Assembly (NCBI RefSeq): GCF_964355755.1
Contig: NC_092673.1
Span: 21,139,648 to 21,203,647, forward strand
DNA from: Antedon mediterranea
Lineage: Eukaryota; Animalia; Echinodermata
Direction of reading: 5' to 3'
Length of the DNA: 64,000 nucleotides
Part shown: positions 58,101 to 64,000 of the stretch, piece after piece
Layout: the number at the start of each line of letters is the position of its first letter
How positions within the stretch are numbered: position 1 is the first letter of the stretch
Program-made: the position numbers and the translations under genes
The notes under the pieces: generated by a model
Seen by the model: only the letters and a program-made list of their open reading frames with translations
What the model was told of the DNA's origin: nothing
The model's database searches: none

Positions 58101-61100
58101 TTCATGGCCTATCTAAAATTTCCAACCCCCCCTGTGACAGAATGACCCCCCTCTGTTTAAAGAAGTTCTGAATCAATATTCATCATTATTTTTTCATTAT
58201 CGATCAGTTCTCAACACTATGTCAATTATCAATACAAAATGAATTTGGTTTTACATCAGAATATCATAGAAATTGGAGGGGGTTCGTTTTCATGGCCTAT
58301 CTAAAATTTCCAACCCCCCTGTGAAGGAATGACCCCCCTTTGTTTAAACAGGGAGTTGTTATTAACTCCCTGGTTTAAAGAAGTTCTGAATCGATATTCA
58401 TCATTATTTTTTCATAATCGATCACTTCTCAACACTATGTCAATTATCAATACAAAAAAAATTGGTTTTAAATGCGATTATCACAGAAATTGGAGGGGGG
58501 TTCTTTCCACAGCATATAACCAGATAGGCCTACTTCTTAAGGTTGATTAATGGCTTAAAATATCTAATCCAAAATCTGTCATTCTTAAATTGTTTTATGA
58601 TGTTAAAGGTCGAGGGGTTGGTAGACTTCATTCTTTTGAAAATATTTTTTTTCTTTTAAATAAACAACTGGTCAATCAGCTAGTAATATTGCAGGTCACC
58701 GGTACTGTCAGCATACAGTTGTTAAATTTTATAATATTGAAAATTTTAAACTACATCACATTACACAATCTAAAATGTTTGTTTAAAAAAAAACTTATCT
58801 AGGCTCACTTCTGCACATGCATTTTAATATGTAACATCTTGTATTTTTATGTATGCGTAGAGAATTGTTTAATAAACGAAACGAAATGTTCAACCCCCTG
58901 TGACGAAATTTCCTCCTCAGTTTTAAGAAGTTTTGAATCAATATTCATCATTATGTTTATAGTAATCGATCAGTTCTCAACACTACGTTAATTATCAATA
59001 CAAACAAAAATTTGTTTTAAATCAGAATATCATAGAAATTGGATCGGAGGGGGGTTCGTTTTCATGGCCTATCTAAAATTTTCAACCCCCCTGTGAAGGA
59101 ATGACCCCCTTTGTTTAAAGAAGTTCTGAATCGATATTCATCATTATTTTTTCATAATCTATCAGTTCTCAACACTATGTCAATTATCAATACAAAAAAA
59201 ATTGGTTTTAAATGCGATTATCACAGAAATTGGAGGGGGGTTCGTTTTCATGGCCTATCTAAAATTTTCAACCCCCCTGTGAAAGAATGACCCCCCTCTG
59301 TTTAAAGATGTTCTGAATCGATATTCATCATTATTTTTTCATAATCGATCAGTTCTCAACACTATGTCAAATATCAATAAAACAAAATTTGGTTTTAAAT
59401 CAGAATATCATAGAAATTGGAGGGGGGTTCGTTTTCATGGCCTATCTAAAATTTCCAACCCCCCTGTGAAAGAATGACCCCCCTCTGTTTAAAGAAGTTC
59501 TGAATCAATATTCATCATTATTTTTTCATTATCGATCAGTTCTCAACACTATGTCAATTATCAATACAAAATGAATTTGGTTTTACATCAGAATATCATA
59601 GAAATTGGAGGGGGTTCGTTTTCATGGCCTATCTAAAATTTCCAACCCCCCTGTGAAGGAATGACCCCCCCCCCCCCCTTTGTTTAAAGAAGTTCTGAAT
59701 CGATATTCATCATTATTTTTTCATAATCGATCACTTCTCAACACTATGTCAATTATCAATACAAAAAAAAATTGGTTTTAAATGCGATTATCACAGAAAT
59801 TGGAGGGGGGGGGGGCGGGTTCTTTCCACAGCATATAACCAGATAGGCCTACTTCTTAAGATTGATTAATGGCTTAAAATATCTAATCCAAAATCTGTCA
59901 TTCTTAAATTGTTTTATGATGTTAAAGGTCGAGGGGTTGGTAGACTTCATTCTTTTGAAAATATTTTTTTCTTTTAAATAAACAACTGGTCAATCAGCTA
60001 GTAATATTGCAGGTCACCGGTACTGTCAGCATACAGTTGTTAAATTTTATAATATTGAAAATTTTAAACTACATCACATTACACAATCTAAAATGTTTGT
60101 TTAAAAAAAAACTTATCTAGGCTCACTTCTGCACATGCATTTTAATATGTAACATCTTGTATTTTTATGTATGCGTAGAGAATTGTTTAATAAACGAAAC
60201 GAAATGTTCAACCCCCTGTGACGAAATTTCCTCCTCAGTTTTAAGAAGTTTTGAATCAATATTCATCATTATGTTTATAGTAATCGATCAGTTCTCAACA
60301 CTACGTTAATTATCAATACAAACAAAAATTTGTTTTAAATCAGAATATCATAGAAATTGGATCGGAGGGGGTTCGTTTTCATGGCCTATCTAAAATTGTC
60401 AACCCCCCTGTGAAGGAATGACCCCCTTTGTTTAAGAAGTTCTGAATCGATATTCATGATTATTTTTTCATAATCTATCAGTTCTCAACACTATGTAAAT
60501 TATCAATACAAAAAAAATTGGTTTTAAATGCGATTATCACAGAAATTGGAGGGGGGTTCGTTTTCATGGCCTATCTAAAATTTTCAACCCCCCTGTGAAA
60601 GAATGACCCCCCTCTGTTTAAAGAAGTTCTGAATCGATATTCATCATTATTTTTTCATAATCGATCAGTTCTCGATCAACACTATGTCAAATATCAATAA
60701 AACAAAATTTGGTTTTAAATCAGAATATCATAGAAATTGGAGGGGGGTTCGTTTTCATGGCCTATCTAAAATTTCCAACCCCCCCTGTGAAAGAATGACC
60801 CCCCTTTGTTTAAAGAAGTTCTGAATCAATATTCATCATTATTTTTTCATTATCGATCAGTTCTCAACACTATGTCAATTATCAATACAAAATGAATTTG
60901 GTTTTACATCAGAATATCATAGAAATTGGAGGGGGTTCGTTTTCATGGCCTATCTAAAATTTCCAACCCCCCTGTGAAGGAATGACCCCCTCCCCCCCTT
61001 TGTTTAAAGAAGTTCTGAATCGATATTCATCATTATTTTCTCATAATCGATCACTTCTCAACACTATGTCAATTATCAAAACAAAAAAAAATTGGTTTTA

Positions 61101-62350
61101 AATGCGATTATCACAGAAATTGGAGGGGGGGCGGGTTCTTTCCACAGCATATAACCAGATAGGCCTACTTCTTAAGGTTGATTAATGGCTTAAAATATCT
61201 AATCCAAAATCTGTCATTCTTAAATTGTTTTATGATGTTAAAGGTCGAGGGGTTGGTAGACTTCATTCTTTTGAAAATATTTTTTTCTTTTAAATAAACA
61301 ACTGGTCAATCAGCTAGTAATATTGCAGGTCACCGGTACTGTCAGTATACAGTTGTTACATTTTATAATATTGAAAATTTTAAACTACATCACATTACAC
61401 AATCTAAAATGTTTGTTTAAAAAAAAACTTATCTTGGCTCACTTCTGCACATGCATTTTAATATGTAACATCTTGTATTTTTATGTATGCGTAGAGAATT
61501 GTTTAATAAACGAAACGAAATGTTCAACCCCCCTGTGAAAGAATGAACCCCCTCTGTTTAAAGAAGTTCTGAATCAATATTCATCATTATTTTTTCATAA
61601 TCGATCAGTTCTCAACACTATGTGAATTATCAATACAAAATGAATTTGGTTTTACATCAGAATATCATAGAAATTGGATCGGAGGGGGTTCGTTTTCATG
61701 GCCTATCTAAAAATTTCAACCCCCCTGTGAAGGAATGACCCCCCTTTGTTTAAAGAAGTTCTGAATCGATATTCATCATTATTTTTTCATAATCTATCAG
61801 TTCTCAACACTATGTCAATTATCAATACAAAAAAAATTGGTTTTAAATGCGATTATCACAGAAATTGGAGGGGGTTCGTTTTCATGGCCTATCTAAAATT
61901 GTCAACCCCCCTGTGAAAGAATGACCCCCCTCTGTTTAAAGAAGTTCTGAATCAATATTCATCATTATTTTTTCATAATCGATCAGTTCTCAACACTATG
62001 TCAATTATCAATACAAAATGAATTTGGTTTTACATCAGAATATCATAGAAATTGGAGGGGGTTCGTTTTCATGGCCTATCTAAAATTTTCAACCCCCCTG
62101 TGAAGGAATGAAATCCCTTTGTTTAAAGAAGTTCTGAATCGATATTCATCATTATTTTTTCATAATCGATCAGTTCTCAACACTATGTCAATTATCAATA
62201 CAAAAAAAATTGGTTTTAAATCAGAATATCATAGAAAATGGAGAGGGGGAGGGGGGTAGGTACGTTTTCATGTCCTATCGAAAATTTACAACGCCCCTAA
62301 ATAAGTTCTGAATTGGTATTCATCATTATTTTGTCATAATCAATTAGTTC
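52154..62350. repeat. ~10-kb higher-order satellite (~187-bp monomers plus ~375-bp constant block)
   Basis: Constant block starts TTCTTTCCACAGCATATAACC at ~54187, 55674, 57161, 58501, 59820, 61136; monomer variants recur in fixed order. Confidence 0.96.
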
Positions 62351-62925
62351 AGTGGGTGTTTATTGACAGAAATCCAAATAGCCTAGTACTACTAGTATAC
62401 TCTTACGGTGTTGTTCTATTGACAAAACTACATGGTGCAGTATTTAAGTTGAGTTATTGTACCACCAATTGTGTTTGAAATTATTATGAGTATATTCATT
62501 ACTTTGAATGGTGCAAGAATTCTATTTAAAATGTCATCACTGAAGAGTACACTGTGCAGTACTTGATGGACCAGGCTGCCAGGCAAAACAGATCACTCCA
62601 AAAATATCTGAATGATGATTGGGTATTGGTTCACTATAATCACAATCTTATTGGTTAAAAATAATAACAGAAGTTTAATAACAAAGTTAGAAATTATTTT
62701 GCATACAAATGTTGATTGGTATCCTATTGGTGGATAGTAATGAATTTAGTGAAATCCTATTGGTTAATAGAAAGTATCCTGGAAGCAATAAAAGAACGAA
62801 ACCGTAATTGTTAAAACTGTTTTGCTGTCTGATCAGCTGAATCTAGATACATTTTTTCAAGTTTAACATCAACAAGGTAGGCATGAGTACCTCTCATTAT
62901 ATACTGTAGTAAATAAATTTCCAGC

Positions 62926-63136
62926 ATGATAATTCAATTGGCTAGGTTGATAATTTTTTTTTACATAATTAATTAGCTGTATGAATGTATACATTTCTCC
63001 TAGAACTTGTTGAAAAACGATCTTTTTGTAAGCATATTTCTGTAAGTAATATGTTCTTGTAAATAGGTCTTGTGACATACTGTGATTACATATAAATAAA
63101 AAAAAAAATTATCAACCTAGCCAATTGAATTATCAT
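62926..63136. mobile_element. MITE-like inverted repeat pair (~36 bp)
   Basis: ATGATAATTCAATTGGCTAGGTTGATAATTTTTTT mirrored at ~63100-63136. Confidence 0.6.
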
Positions 63137-63716
63137 TACTGTTAAATTGCATTTCGAGAATAAATAAAGTTTTGAATTGAATTGAATACATCGTTTGGTT
63201 CATACTAGACTAGACACGTGTTGGTTTGTCAGTTGGTACTATTCTAGTAGTAGATAAAATACTTATAACATATAACCAGGGTGTTTACATGAATAAGCAT
63301 ATGCTTGATCATAACACATGAATAGAATGATGTATCGTTACACAAAATAATATAGAATTTGAGTATCCGCTCATTAAATCAATTTTATTATCATTTAAAC
63401 TATCAACCGGATAAACGTTTTACACATTATTGCAGACAATTTTAAGCAAAATTAATATATGCCTGTAAAAAAAATAATAAAATATATTTGGTTAAATTAA
63501 AATTGTGTCCATGAAGACAATAGGTTTCAATAAGTCTTGATACAAATTAATTACTTTGGTGAAATTTATTTACACAATTATTAAGCGGTTACTTTCTATT
63601 TAAAACTGGGCCTTAGTTACAGTGCCTATAAATTAAATACAAACATTTAAAAAACATTTTTTTTAAAAGTAAACAATTTTGCCCATCTCCAAAGTAAATG
63701 TTTAGGTTGTAAAACT

Positions 63717-63834
63717 ATGGAAGAAGAATATGACAAGGTATATAATTACCTGAGTAATTCTAGTTATCCAGAGGGATGTTCCAAAGAGGATAAACGGAGG
63801 ATCAGAAGAAAATGCCTGAATTTTGTTATACAAG
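63717..63834 (+). CDS. First coding exon of a GIN/Ginger (Gypsy-integrase-like) N-terminal-type protein
   Basis: TTTAG acceptor then ATG; MEEEYDKVYNYLSNSSYPEGCSKEDKRRIRRKCLNFVIQ; phase-1 G|GTATAT donor. Confidence 0.6.
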
Positions 63835-63958
63835 GTATATAAACATTTACTACTAATTCACACCATCCCCAACTACAGGGAGGTTGCGAACAACTGTAAA
63901 AACTATTTCTCTTATAATACAGATTATAAATAATTCAAAAATAAATATCAATTTGTAG

Positions 63959-63993
63959 GCAAAAATCTAAGAGTAAACAAATACTCTTCAAAG
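63959..63993 (+). CDS. Possible second exon of the same gene
   Basis: TTGTAG acceptor, AAG|GTAAAT donor; (G)KNLRVNKYSSK, phase compatible. Confidence 0.4.
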
Positions 63994-64000
63994 GTAAATG

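Noticed and set aside
52154-62350. CRISPR-like repeat/spacer pattern and small ORFs in the array
   Set aside because: The intervening blocks are near-identical, units are far too long, there are no cas genes and the context is eukaryotic.

Overview
AT-rich animal (spliceosomal-intron) genomic DNA, probably a marine invertebrate; the taxon is a guess. All family assignments come from recalled protein and repeat signatures, not database searches. (1) 1-5177 (-): first six coding exons of a CCDC125-like gene, running off the left edge. (2) 10287-48186 (+): a divergently transcribed gene that I could splice in frame by hand into 35 coding exons (~3,760 aa). It joins a JAKMIP-type N-terminal coiled coil, a 4,488-nt coiled-coil exon, Pro-rich linkers and a C-terminal FN3+SH3 pair of RIMS-binding-protein type. 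Its introns hold a candidate 6-nt microexon, a possible alternative last exon, a purine minisatellite, and a ~60-copy 41-bp satellite built from the gene's own exon-28 splice junction and split by a CR1-type LINE fragment. (3) ~52.2-62.3 kb: a higher-order satellite (5-6 monomers of ~187 bp plus a ~375-bp constant block per unit). (4) Right edge: start of a spliced ORF resembling GIN/Ginger integrase N-termini. Many MITEs, SINE fragments and hairpins are interspersed.
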